The notes: a model not told the origin generated them from the letters alone. DNA of 42,704 nucleotides from Candidatus Omnitrophota bacterium (GCA_041651495.1 JBAZJC010000002.1:1-42704), one strand, 5' to 3'; positions 19,322 through 28,416 are shown, numbered from the stretch's first letter. A program made the numbers and translations.

Positions 19322-20367
19322 CCGAAGAATTTCTGATATTCGCCATTGGCGCGATTAAAATCTTCCATTTGGCCGATATCGAGCCAATATTCCCTAATAG
19401 GAAAAGCAGCCACTCTTTTCCTCTCATCAATCAATCGGTCAAATAATTGCGGCATATCATAGGGCTTATTTTGGGGGACATACTTCAAAAGTGAGGGCTC
19501 CAACACATAGATTCCGGCGTTCACAAAAAAACGATGCACAGGCTTTTCATCAATCGCCCGAATATATTGTTGATCCATCGTAATCACCCCAAAAGGAACT
19601 TGAAAATCATATTCTCTAACACACATAGTCGCCGAAACATTATTTTCGTGATGAAAATTCAACAGATGCGAAAAATTGACCTTGGTCAACAAATCTCCGT
19701 TCATAACGATGAGCGGTTCTCTGGGTTTTTGAGGTAATAGACTCAGCGCACCTGCCGTTCCCAATCGCCGGCTCTCTTTAAGGTACTTCAGTTCGACGCC
19801 CCATTTGGAACCATCCCCAAAATAGTCACGGATCATTTCATCCAAATAGTTAACTGCCAAATAGAACTTTTTAAAACCGAACCCAACAAAATTCTCCAGG
19901 ATCGTCGCCAAAATAGGCTTGTCGCCAATATGAATAAGCGGTTTAGGACGGTCATTGGTAAGCGGCTTCAAACGACTGCCAAGACCACCGGCCATTAGAA
20001 GCACCCAATTTTCTCGACTTTTTGACTGAATGAGATCATCCAATATTTCAAGCCCTACAACACTCCCTCCTGCATCCAGAACCGGGATTTGATGGATGAA
20101 ATGTTTTTCCATCCTCTTCAACAATGATTCGCCCGTTTGCCCCATCTTCGCATAGATCGGCTTTGGATTCAGCACCAGTTGAACATTGTCGTCGAGGGAA
20201 ACACCCCTTAATATCCCGCGACGGACATCTCCATCAGTGACCGTCCCCAACAGCTTTCTTCTTTTCCCGACCACGACCGCGATCTGTGCAGAACTGGCAT
20301 CAATCGTTTTCAGAACACTTTTTATAGAATCTGACGGCAAAACAAGAGTCTTCTCCCAATCTTTCAT
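19318..20367 (-). CDS. CBS-pair + sugar-phosphate nucleotidyltransferase (PtmE-like)
   Basis: The N-terminal CBS pair is AVVVGKRRKLLGTVTDGDVRRGIL ... IHQIPVLDAGGSVVGLEILDDL. It is followed by the NTP-transferase motif LLMAGGLGSRLKPLTNDRPKPLIHIG. Confidence 0.8.
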   Translation of the reverse strand: MKDWEKTLVLPSDSIKSVLKTIDASSAQIAVVVGKRRKLLGTVTDGDVRRGILRGVSLDDNVQLVLNPKPIYAKMGQTGESLLKRMEKHFIHQIPVLDAGGSVVGLEILDDLIQSKSRENWVLLMAGGLGSRLKPLTNDRPKPLIHIGDKPILATILENFVGFGFKKFYLAVNYLDEMIRDYFGDGSKWGVELKYLKESRRLGTAGALSLLPQKPREPLIVMNGDLLTKVNFSHLLNFHHENNVSATMCVREYDFQVPFGVITMDQQYIRAIDEKPVHRFFVNAGIYVLEPSLLKYVPQNKPYDMPQLFDRLIDERKRVAAFPIREYWLDIGQMEDFNRANGEYQKFFG

Positions 20368-20393
20368 CTTAGGTGCTCCTGGTTAACATGGGT

Positions 20394-21617
20394 TTATGAA
20401 ACTCGAAATTTTAGTTTCCATTCGCCATGAATTTTTTCCCATAAATGCGGCGAACGATATCTGTCAATGATGTCCCAGAATTTCTCCTTGGTAATCCCGA
20501 TATATTCCAGAAAATCCTTAAAATGCCTCTCAGGGAACTCCCCATCAAACCTGCGAACAAGAGAGACACCTTCCTCGCGGGTAATATGATTATTCCGAAT
20601 TTCGATCGAAGCGTCCTCTGTACAACGGCCCCGCCCTGTTTTAATGAACCACGTGTAATAATGAAAATCGTCTACTTTATCATCCAAACTGGCGTATTTA
20701 CTGTATGTTCCCGGCGTTCGCCCATCCGGATTAACAGAAAAACCAGTATGCTCTATCGCATAATAGAAGTTTTTCTGCGGGTCATAATTCATGTAATAGG
20801 GCATGACATGAAATTCGATCCCTGAGCTCAAAAGCCGGTCGGCTTCCGCGGGCAGATAGGGATTTAGCTCTTTCATATTAATTCCATATTGAGACAAATC
20901 CTTGATCGGCACGCCTCCCAGGAAAATCTCATCTTTTTGTTCACGTGTAAACAATTTTGGGTCCATGCAGGGGCCATCCCATTTCACATCCCCGCCAAAT
21001 CCTCTTTCTGCGTAACTATCGCCAAAAAATATCAGCTTGATCCCTTTTTCCAGCGCAATCTTGGGGGCCAAGTTATATTGCCCTATGACAAAAGGCTGAA
21101 AGGGATGCAGCAGGTTTTCAAATGCAAGTCCCGTTAATTTCCGATGGACCTTTCCATTCGGTGTAAAAAGAACGTTGTCAAAGCCCGTATGAATCCACGC
21201 CTGAAAATTTTTCCATCCAATCTCGGTATAAATATGAGGTGCCCAGGTGACCGTTAACGGATTCATTCCATATTTATATTTGAGCATATGAGCTACATAA
21301 GCACTGTCTTTGCCTCCGCTCCCGGGAACCAGGACGTCATAATACCCGTCTTTGCGACGATGCCGGTTCAGCAAATCCCTTAGTTCCCTTTCCCGTTCTT
21401 CCCAATCGATCATTTTCTTTTTTTCATAATAACGGCAAGCCAGACAAACGCCTTCGTCATCGAACAAAACGGTCCTTTTTTTCGTCGTAGGCGTATCCTT
21501 GTGCTGAACCGATCCCAACATTCTCTGGTTCGACTCAACGCATTTCTTGCAATAAACCACTTTGGGAGGCAACCCAAAATAAGCTTGGCATTCTTCTTTC
21601 GATTCTTCCGGTTTCAT
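20394..21617 (-). CDS. N-acetyl sugar amidotransferase (PP-loop ATP-pyrophosphatase; WbpG/PseA family)
   Basis: The PP-loop is VLVPGSGGKDSAYVAHML. The N-terminus has paired Cys motifs (CKKCVESNQR ... CLACRYYEKK). The gene sits directly downstream of the hisF/hisH paralogs, as in known acetamidino-sugar loci. Confidence 0.8.
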   Translation of the reverse strand: MKPEESKEECQAYFGLPPKVVYCKKCVESNQRMLGSVQHKDTPTTKKRTVLFDDEGVCLACRYYEKKKMIDWEERERELRDLLNRHRRKDGYYDVLVPGSGGKDSAYVAHMLKYKYGMNPLTVTWAPHIYTEIGWKNFQAWIHTGFDNVLFTPNGKVHRKLTGLAFENLLHPFQPFVIGQYNLAPKIALEKGIKLIFFGDSYAERGFGGDVKWDGPCMDPKLFTREQKDEIFLGGVPIKDLSQYGINMKELNPYLPAEADRLLSSGIEFHVMPYYMNYDPQKNFYYAIEHTGFSVNPDGRTPGTYSKYASLDDKVDDFHYYTWFIKTGRGRCTEDASIEIRNNHITREEGVSLVRRFDGEFPERHFKDFLEYIGITKEKFWDIIDRYRSPHLWEKIHGEWKLKFRVS

Positions 21618-21678
21618 ACATTCCTCCTGTTTTCCATAATATTAATTATGATAAACTTCCATTAAAGAGCAATCACTC

Positions 21679-22341
21679 TTATGACGCTCCACCACGCGAG
21701 ATCATTTTCGAGAGATTCTGATAAATAGCAATTCCACTTGCGCCACTCCGTTCGGGATGAAATTGAAAACCATAAACATTGTCACTCTGGATCGCTGTCG
21801 CAAAACGGAACCCGCCATATTCAGTCCGCGAAAGCACAAGCTCGTTATTTTCCGGAGCGCAATAAAAAGAATGAACAAAATACATTGAGGTACCCTGCGG
21901 GATCCCGGAAAGCAGGGTATTTCCCCATCGATCATGCTTTTCCTCAGAAAAAATCGCGTTCCAGCCAATGTGCGGAACTTTCAAATTCTGGGCAGTGCCA
22001 AACTTCTCTCTCAACGGCAGCACACTTCCCGTGATTATGTCCAACCCTTTGTGCTGTCCAAATTCATGGCTCTGGGTCATCAAAAGCTGCATTCCCAAAC
22101 AAATCCCAATAAAAGGTTTCCCTTTTTTTATTTCCTCAATAAGAACCCCCTCCAGATCGAAGGCCTTAAGATCGGCCAAAGCCTTTCCGAAAGCACCGAC
22201 TCCAGGCAATATAATCGCGCTTGCATTCTGAATATCGCGAGGAGCATTGGTTACAAGGGCCTTCATCCCACAATATTCACAAGCGTGCTTCACGCTGAAG
22301 ATATTTCCCAAACCATAATCAATAATCGCAACAGACTTCAT
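21679..22341 (-). CDS. hisH: Imidazole glycerol phosphate synthase HisH-like glutamine amidotransferase paralog
   Basis: MKSVAIIDYGLGNIFSVKHA ... ILPGVGAFG ... GICLGMQLL ... FQFHPERSG is a class-I glutaminase triad context. Confidence 0.85.
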   Translation of the reverse strand: MKSVAIIDYGLGNIFSVKHACEYCGMKALVTNAPRDIQNASAIILPGVGAFGKALADLKAFDLEGVLIEEIKKGKPFIGICLGMQLLMTQSHEFGQHKGLDIITGSVLPLREKFGTAQNLKVPHIGWNAIFSEEKHDRWGNTLLSGIPQGTSMYFVHSFYCAPENNELVLSRTEYGGFRFATAIQSDNVYGFQFHPERSGASGIAIYQNLSKMISRGGAS

Positions 22342-22350
22342 TACGTACCC

Positions 22351-23190
22351 TCATCGAGCAGAAGAAATTCCCCGATTCACAAGGAATGTTCGCAAATCTG
22401 AAAGTTCAACTGTATCAACTTTTGAATATCCTTCGCCGCTCTGGATAAAATTAACATTACCTTCAGTAAACTCATTGGCATCCTGTTTGGCAACCTTAAT
22501 GCACTGATAATGCAAAATTGAACTCATGGCAACAGCATCAGCCTTTCCATCCACGATAGCTTCAAGAACATGATCGACGGTACCCGCCCCTCCCGCGGCG
22601 ATAACCGGAATAGAAACGCTTTCGGAAACGCTCCGGATTAATTCGATGTCGTATCCCTTGCCTGTTCCTTCACGATCAACCGCCGTCAACAATATTTCTC
22701 CTGCCCCGAGCTCAGCAACTTTTTTTGCCCACGCCACAGCTTCAAGTCCTGTCGGGATACGGCCATTATCCGTAAAACACTCATAGGTTCCATCTTTGCG
22801 CTTAATAACTTCCATCGATATAACAATAGTGGAAGAACCAAATGCACGCGAAGCCTCGCAGATCAATTGTGGATCCCGGACTGCAGCCGTGTTCAGCGAC
22901 ACCTTATCAGCACCGGCGCGAAGAATTGCCTTGATATCCTGAAGCGTTCGCAGACCCCCTCCCACCGTCAACGGAATGAATATTTCCCGTGATGTTCTCT
23001 CAACAATATGGATCAGGCTATTCCGTTCATACAAACTAGCAACTGCATCAATGTAAATAAGCTCATCTGCCCCAGCTTCATAATAATAGCGGGCAAAATT
23101 CTCCGGCTTTCCAAGGACTCTCAATCCTTCAAGGTGAATCCCCTTAACAAGATTGGAACCTTTAATATCTAACCTAGGAATCAATCTCAT
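22351..23190 (-). CDS. hisF: Imidazole glycerol phosphate synthase HisF-like cyclase paralog
   Basis: MRLIPRLDIKGSNLVKGIHLEGLRVLG ... GADELIYIDAVAS ... PLTVGGGLRTLQDIKAILRAGADKVSLNTAAV ... IAAGGAG. Confidence 0.85.
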   Translation of the reverse strand: MRLIPRLDIKGSNLVKGIHLEGLRVLGKPENFARYYYEAGADELIYIDAVASLYERNSLIHIVERTSREIFIPLTVGGGLRTLQDIKAILRAGADKVSLNTAAVRDPQLICEASRAFGSSTIVISMEVIKRKDGTYECFTDNGRIPTGLEAVAWAKKVAELGAGEILLTAVDREGTGKGYDIELIRSVSESVSIPVIAAGGAGTVDHVLEAIVDGKADAVAMSSILHYQCIKVAKQDANEFTEGNVNFIQSGEGYSKVDTVELSDLRTFLVNRGISSAR

Positions 23191-23948
23191 CGACGCACAA
23201 CCGTGATCCCGCGGTTCGTTGGGCTCGGCATCTTATTCTTTAAAATTAATTCGGCCATATGAAAGTCCCACGGCGTGTCAATGTCGAGAGATCGAGAAGC
23301 GGGCATTATGTACGGGAAAGATCTGCGAGGGTATAACGTCTTTTTTTCTTTCAAAACTGAGCTGCGAATAACATAAATCGCACCGTTAGGCGCGAAGCAT
23401 GCCGCAACCGGACGGTCCTGATAATATTTTATTTTCCGGAGCATGCCCTTACCGGTTAACTGCCATACGAGTGTGGTGTTTTTTTGTATCTCAAAAACGC
23501 TTACCACCGCATCCGCATTATTTTTAATGGCAATTTCAATTGCCGCATCAATATCGTCGGCCGTCCGCAGCGGCGATGTCGGTTGCAACAATACGATATA
23601 TTCAGGAAGTCTCTTCTCATGTTCCTCGAGCCATCTGAGAACATGGATGAGAACATCCATGTGGGGAGTACCGTCTTTCGCTAAAGCTGCCGGACGCATA
23701 AAAGGAACTCCGACTCCCCACTTTCTTGCCACCGCCGCGATACGACGATCATCTGTTGAGAGAATAACGTGATCCAAAAAACGGCTTTTCAAGGCCGCTT
23801 CCGCCGTCCATGCAATCAGCGGCTTCCCCAAAAGGTTCTTGACGTTCTTCCCAGGAAGCCTTTTTGATCCGCCTCGTGCAGTAATTAAACCGAGAGTATC
23901 GAACTTCCCGGGCATCATTTTAGTTTTTTTGGAAGGAGTGAAAATCAT
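23187..23948 (-). CDS. neuA: CMP-nonulosonate synthetase (acylneuraminate cytidylyltransferase family)
   Basis: LGLITARGGSKRLPGKNVKNLLGKPLIAWT ... VLLQPTSPLR. There are ATGA overlaps on both sides. ATG 23918/23915 are alternative starts. Confidence 0.85.
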   Translation of the reverse strand: MIFTPSKKTKMMPGKFDTLGLITARGGSKRLPGKNVKNLLGKPLIAWTAEAALKSRFLDHVILSTDDRRIAAVARKWGVGVPFMRPAALAKDGTPHMDVLIHVLRWLEEHEKRLPEYIVLLQPTSPLRTADDIDAAIEIAIKNNADAVVSVFEIQKNTTLVWQLTGKGMLRKIKYYQDRPVAACFAPNGAIYVIRSSVLKEKKTLYPRRSFPYIMPASRSLDIDTPWDFHMAELILKNKMPSPTNRGITVVRR

Positions 23949-25129
23949 ATCGTCATCTTCTTTTTTATCAATTCAGATCCAAGCTCAATCATGGCTAAGG
24001 TCTCTGCGATTTTTTTGCCGGCATCACCCACCCCGTACGGATTTTCACACTTCTTACAATGAGTTCTGAAATCCTCATCAAAAAGAGCCTTACGAATAGC
24101 CATCTTGATCTCTTCGTGAACATACCCGGCATCAAGAACATTCGTTGCGCGCAAACGCCCTTGCTGCCTTGATCCGATGTTCACTGCAGGACATCCCAAA
24201 GCAGGTGTTTCTTTAATACCGCTTGATGAGTTCCCAACGCAAACGCCGAGACCTCCCCCTAAACCACAATGGTAGAGGATTCCATGGTAGTTGTACCGTC
24301 CCAGGCTGCTGAAGACCTGCACGCCTTTGATCTTTTTCAAACTCCAAGCGTTCAACGCATCAATGATCCTCTTCCCTCCGGCATCATTATTGGGATAAGT
24401 TGCAATAATCTGACAGCCTTCCTTTGCCAGAATTTCCAAGACCTCAAGCGATGGCTTAAGCTGCACCATGGCATCGTCACATTCCGTAGCCACCGAATGT
24501 TGCGTGAAAAGAATAACAGGTTTTCCAAAATCGATCCCATAGCGTTTCTCAAGTTCAGCTTTTGACGCATAATTTCCAGCCGCAATCAGATCGATTGCAG
24601 GAAATCCGACATTGAAAACTCGCCATGGCTCCTCTCCCATTGTACGTATTCGACGAGCAGCATCTTCATTGGTCGTAAAATGAAGATGAGCAAGCTTGGT
24701 CATCGCATGGCGCACAGAATCATCAAGCGCGCCTCCTTCCGTAATATCCCCGCCCTCAATATGGACCGTCGGGATCCCCATCTGAGTACCTGCAATCACG
24801 GCCGCAAAACCTTCAAAACGATCCGCATAAACCACCAGAACATCCGGTTTCAGTTCGTCCAGGACCTTACTTATATTAATCACCCCGGAACCAATGGCCT
24901 GCGCGGTTGAAAACAACGAGTCCTGCGACATTTCTATCTTGATCTCACGAGCGATCTCAAAACCGTCATTTTGTATCTCAGCCAGTGTCTTCCCGAAATC
25001 CTTATCAAGATGGGCTCCGGAGACAAGAAGAAAATATTTTAACGCGGGATGCGCTTGAATTGCTTTTAGTATCGGATATTGAAGTCCATACTCTGCCCGA
25101 TTCCCTGTAAAAACCGCTATTTTTCGCAT
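23945..25129 (-). CDS. neuC: Hydrolysing NDP-N-acetylhexosamine 2-epimerase (NeuC/LegG family)
   Basis: MRKIAVFTGNRAEYGLQYPILKAIQAHP ... VHIEGGDITEGGALDDSVRHAMTKLAHLHF ... NSSSGIKETPALGCPAVNIGSRQQGR. Confidence 0.85.
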   Translation of the reverse strand: MRKIAVFTGNRAEYGLQYPILKAIQAHPALKYFLLVSGAHLDKDFGKTLAEIQNDGFEIAREIKIEMSQDSLFSTAQAIGSGVINISKVLDELKPDVLVVYADRFEGFAAVIAGTQMGIPTVHIEGGDITEGGALDDSVRHAMTKLAHLHFTTNEDAARRIRTMGEEPWRVFNVGFPAIDLIAAGNYASKAELEKRYGIDFGKPVILFTQHSVATECDDAMVQLKPSLEVLEILAKEGCQIIATYPNNDAGGKRIIDALNAWSLKKIKGVQVFSSLGRYNYHGILYHCGLGGGLGVCVGNSSSGIKETPALGCPAVNIGSRQQGRLRATNVLDAGYVHEEIKMAIRKALFDEDFRTHCKKCENPYGVGDAGKKIAETLAMIELGSELIKKKMTI

Positions 25130-26181
25130 GAAATCGGACCTCCTTCAAAGTTAAGAACATCTTCAGGACGGATGTGGGCATGGGCCAACAAGTCTCGTAC
25201 CGCAATTTTGTGAAGCACCTTATCAAGGTCTTTTGCCAAAATCGGACCTGTGCCGGGCCTTTTAACCCATGTATTTTCGCTATTGAAAGTTTCACCTTTT
25301 CGAATAGGTTTCGTTGTCACTACCGTAGCATAGGCAAAATCGATAACGGGTTGTTCCTCAGCTAAAATAGTTTTCGCCCCTCCACGGGCTTCCCAAATGG
25401 CACGACCGCCTTTGACTAACTCACCTAGCTCCTCCGGATTAATGGAGATGGGGATATCAGGCCCCGGCCAATCTCGACTGATCGTAAAATGTTTTTCCAC
25501 CGCAGTAGCACCTAAAGCGATGGCACCTAAGCATGTATAAATGCCCAAAGAATGGTCACTTAAGCCAACCTCCAGACCAAATTTTTCTTTGAGTTTGTGA
25601 ATAGCTGCCAACCTAACTTTATTGTAAGGCGTAGGGTACATGGAAGTGCAGTGCATGAGCATCAGCGAACAGCCCTGGGCCTGAATGATCTGGACCGATC
25701 TGGTAATCGACTCCATGTCGTTCATACCCGTCGATAAGATAATAGGCTTTTGGAACTTCGCGATATGTTCGATCAGCGGATAATTGTTGCACTCACCGGA
25801 GCCAATCTTAAACCCTGCCACCTTCATTCCGTTCAAACGATCAGCCGCAGCTCGTGAAAACGGCGTACTCAAAAACAAAATACCTTTTTTTTTGCAGTAG
25901 GCTTGAACTTCGACCTCTTCCTTGGGCGTCAGTTCGCACCGTTTAATAATGTCCCAAAGCCGCTCATTCGATATTTTCCCCGGCTTCATGTCGGTCGGGA
26001 TCATCTCCTCCTCGGTAATATGGCACTGAAATTTTACGCAATCGGCTCCGTGCTCCTTAGCCGCATCCACTAATTGAATCGCTTTCTCGATACTCCCTTC
26101 ATGATTGATTCCAACTTCCATCATCACAAAAGGTGGTTGATCCAGACCAATCTTGCGTCCCCCAATTTTAAAATCAGACAT
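25117..26181 (-). CDS. neuB: Nonulosonic acid synthase (NeuB/LegI/PseI family) with C-terminal SAF domain
   Basis: PPFVMMEVGINHEGSIEKAIQLVDAAKEHGADCVKFQ ... FKIGSGECNNYPLIEHIAKFQKPIILSTGM ... GLSDHSLG ... AVEKHFT, plus a SAF-like tail (PIRKGETFNSENTWVKRPGTG). Confidence 0.88.
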   Translation of the reverse strand: MSDFKIGGRKIGLDQPPFVMMEVGINHEGSIEKAIQLVDAAKEHGADCVKFQCHITEEEMIPTDMKPGKISNERLWDIIKRCELTPKEEVEVQAYCKKKGILFLSTPFSRAAADRLNGMKVAGFKIGSGECNNYPLIEHIAKFQKPIILSTGMNDMESITRSVQIIQAQGCSLMLMHCTSMYPTPYNKVRLAAIHKLKEKFGLEVGLSDHSLGIYTCLGAIALGATAVEKHFTISRDWPGPDIPISINPEELGELVKGGRAIWEARGGAKTILAEEQPVIDFAYATVVTTKPIRKGETFNSENTWVKRPGTGPILAKDLDKVLHKIAVRDLLAHAHIRPEDVLNFEGGPISCEK

Positions 26182-26231
26182 CGCTACTCCTCCATCAAAA
26201 GTGAATGTTATTTAACTTCAGCCGAAAGAGT

Positions 26232-27086
26232 TCAAACCCACGAAGCAACCAATTCTTTTAAACCTTCCCGCAAGCTAACGCGCGCGCTCCATCCATAACA
26301 CGTCTTCATTTTGGATGGATTTAAAATAAGAGAGGAACGGATATGATCGTGATCCACACAACAAACGCCGCGTTTTTTCTGCCCCGCAATATCCAACAAT
26401 TCTCGCGCCAAATTCGCTACGCTTGTTCCAATGCCTGTTCCCAAATTAAAAATCCCATATTGACTGCGGGTCGCCAGGCAAATCAATCCACAAATTACAT
26501 CTGCAACATAAATAAAATCCCGCACAGGCATTGAGCATTTCACTTTCACCGGTCCTGACTGACCCAACTGTCTCATAACACCGGAAAGAACACTTGTTTC
26601 TGACATCCCAAGACCATAGACGTTCGCTATTCTCGCCACGGTTTGGTGTTTTCTCAAGATCACTTCTTCAACTGCATATTTGAGCCGTGCATAAGCACCG
26701 GAAACACTGAGCGCTTCGTCCTCGCGATGTGGCGCTTCGGACAAATCTCCGTAAACAGCAGCACTCGATGCAAATACCACTCGGGCAAAACGTTGAGTGC
26801 AGAGGTGTTTGGCCAGCGCTACGGCTTCCGGCAAGGCCGAATCGGTCTGGCTTTCCACTGCGAGGACATTATTATCACCCGCCAAATGCACGCAAACTGT
26901 GTCAGGGGTACCCATGACCTCGAGATAATTTTTAACACGCGTATATTCAATTCCAGGCTTTGCTCTAAAATCGCATTTTCTCCCGTACGCATGCACCGCA
27001 AACCCCTGACGCAATAGCTCAGAGCAAAGTGCGTGGCCAATAAATCCCGTAGCGCCCGTAACCGCAAAACGGATTTTGTTAGACAT
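26232..27086 (-). CDS. Short extended-SDR NAD(P)-dependent reductase/epimerase; candidate 4-ketoreductase
   Basis: 284 aa. The N-terminus is RFAVTGATGFIGHALCSELLRQGF and the catalytic Y-x3-K is YARLK. It overlaps the upstream dehydratase gene by 8 nt. Confidence 0.65.
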   Translation of the reverse strand: MSNKIRFAVTGATGFIGHALCSELLRQGFAVHAYGRKCDFRAKPGIEYTRVKNYLEVMGTPDTVCVHLAGDNNVLAVESQTDSALPEAVALAKHLCTQRFARVVFASSAAVYGDLSEAPHREDEALSVSGAYARLKYAVEEVILRKHQTVARIANVYGLGMSETSVLSGVMRQLGQSGPVKVKCSMPVRDFIYVADVICGLICLATRSQYGIFNLGTGIGTSVANLARELLDIAGQKKRGVCCVDHDHIRSSLILNPSKMKTCYGWSARVSLREGLKELVASWV

Positions 27087-28089
27087 TATAGGTGTCGATC
27101 TTATACGAAACCAAATTTTTTCTGTCCGTAAACCATTGTATTGTTTCCATCAGACCCTTTCGGAAGCCATCTTCACCGCCATAGACCGGATTCCATCCTA
27201 ATAGCTTCCTAGCTTTCGAATTGTCGGACCATAAGCGCTCCACTTCACTCTTGAGGGGGCGGATGCGTTCGGACTGCGATTTTATCTTGATCTTAAAGTT
27301 CATAAGCTCAGCGATTAATTGCGCGATATCTCCTATCGAAATCTCAAAATTGCTCCCCAAGTTGAGCACTTCCCCTGCAGATTTCGGGGTTTCCAAAGCA
27401 GCCGAATAGGCACGTGCGGTATCCTTGACAAAAGAGAGATCCCGAGTAGGGTGCAAACTCCCGAGCTTGATTGTACGTGAGCCGCTTGCGATCTGCGTAA
27501 TGATCGTGGGAATCACGGCTCTGGCAGATTGCCGCGGGCCGTAGGTATTGAAAGGCCGTATGATCGTGACGGGCGTTCCAAAAGAGCAAAAGAAAGACAT
27601 CGCAAGCTGATCGGCTCCGATCTTGCTCGCCGAATAAGGTGACTGTCCCTGTAGCGGATGATCTTCGGTAATAGGGACAAATTTTGCCGTTCCATACACT
27701 TCGCTCGTAGAAGTATGGATGACCCGCGAAAGTCCTAGCTCGCGAGCAGCCTGCAGAACATTAAGAGTGCCTTTGACGTTCGTATCAATGTAAGTATCCG
27801 GCGAATGGTAGGAATAAGGGATCCCGATCAAAGCGGCAAGGTGCATCACAGCATCACAGCCCCGCATCGCCTTTTTCACTCCGTGGGGATCACGGATATC
27901 CCCGGAAAAAACATCCAAGGTGTCTTTGACTGTTACGGGCAGCGTATCGAGCCACCCCCAGGAATTAAAGGAATTGTAAAGAACAAAGGCCCGAACATCA
28001 TAGCCTTCTTCCAAAAGATACTCTACAAGATGCGAGCCTATAAAGCCATCCGCACCCGTGACAAGAATTTTCTTTTTAAATTTCGGCAT
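27079..28089 (-). CDS. NAD-dependent NDP-HexNAc 4,6-dehydratase, LegB-like
   Basis: KKILVTGADGFIGSHLVEYLLEEGYDVRAFVLYNSFNSWGWLD matches my recollection of the LegB (Cj1319-type) N-terminus, including the YNSFN-WG-L block. The catalytic motif is YSASK. Confidence 0.7.
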   Translation of the reverse strand: MPKFKKKILVTGADGFIGSHLVEYLLEEGYDVRAFVLYNSFNSWGWLDTLPVTVKDTLDVFSGDIRDPHGVKKAMRGCDAVMHLAALIGIPYSYHSPDTYIDTNVKGTLNVLQAARELGLSRVIHTSTSEVYGTAKFVPITEDHPLQGQSPYSASKIGADQLAMSFFCSFGTPVTIIRPFNTYGPRQSARAVIPTIITQIASGSRTIKLGSLHPTRDLSFVKDTARAYSAALETPKSAGEVLNLGSNFEISIGDIAQLIAELMNFKIKIKSQSERIRPLKSEVERLWSDNSKARKLLGWNPVYGGEDGFRKGLMETIQWFTDRKNLVSYKIDTYNV

Positions 28090-28109
28090 GGAAAACTCCT
28101 TTCAGTCTA

Positions 28110-28349
28110 TTACTCGTCAATATCCTTGTGAACCCAATGCCTGGCTTTGTTGTAGACCTTGCCAACTCGATCTTCAATCTTTGGCGATAAGACACGCAAA
28201 AGTTCTTTCCCCATGATTCGGTACTGTTTACCGATCTTCGCAGCCCTTATCATCCCACTTTTGATCATACGCAACATGGTACTCGGGGAGATCTTTAAAT
28301 ACTCCTGGGTCTCTTTGGGCGTATATAAATCGTTTTCATCAATTTTCAT
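28110..28349 (-). CDS. Small helix-turn-helix DNA-binding protein (excisionase/MerR-like HTH_17 type)
   Basis: MKIDENDLYTPKETQEYLKISPSTMLRMIKSGMIRAAKIGKQYRI. ATG 28349 is preceded by AAGGG. The ORF-track start at 28397 lies upstream of the predicted -10 box, so it is unlikely. The gene ends 20 nt upstream of the dehydratase gene. Confidence 0.75.
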   Translation of the reverse strand: MKIDENDLYTPKETQEYLKISPSTMLRMIKSGMIRAAKIGKQYRIMGKELLRVLSPKIEDRVGKVYNKARHWVHKDIDE

Positions 28350-28378
28350 ATAACCCTTCTTGTTTATATTTATAGCAT

Positions 28379-28407
28379 AATATAACTTTAACACCATTAG
28401 ATGTCAA
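28379..28407 (-). promoter_or_regulatory. Sigma70-like promoter for the HTH + nonulosonate operon
   Basis: The minus strand reads TTGACA (28407..28402), a 17-nt spacer, then TATATT (28384..28379). This lies about 30 nt upstream of ATG 28349, in the only sizeable (151-nt) AT-rich gap of the region. Confidence 0.55.
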
Positions 28408-28416
28408 TAGATGTCA
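28397..28416. repeat. Tandem 10-bp direct repeat (TAGATGTCA core x2) overlapping the -35 box; candidate operator
   Basis: The plus strand reads TTAGATGTCA ATAGATGTCA, with 9 of 10 positions identical and one helical turn of spacing. On the minus strand this is TGACATCTAT TGACATCTAA, and the second copy supplies the TTGACA -35 element. Confidence 0.5.

Noticed and set aside
28110-28397. The excisionase-family HTH gene as a sign of a prophage or integrative element
   Set aside because: I found no integrase, recombinase, phage structural gene, att-like flanking repeat or tRNA target anywhere in the window. The gene sits behind its own promoter at the head of a sugar operon, so a regulatory role is more likely.
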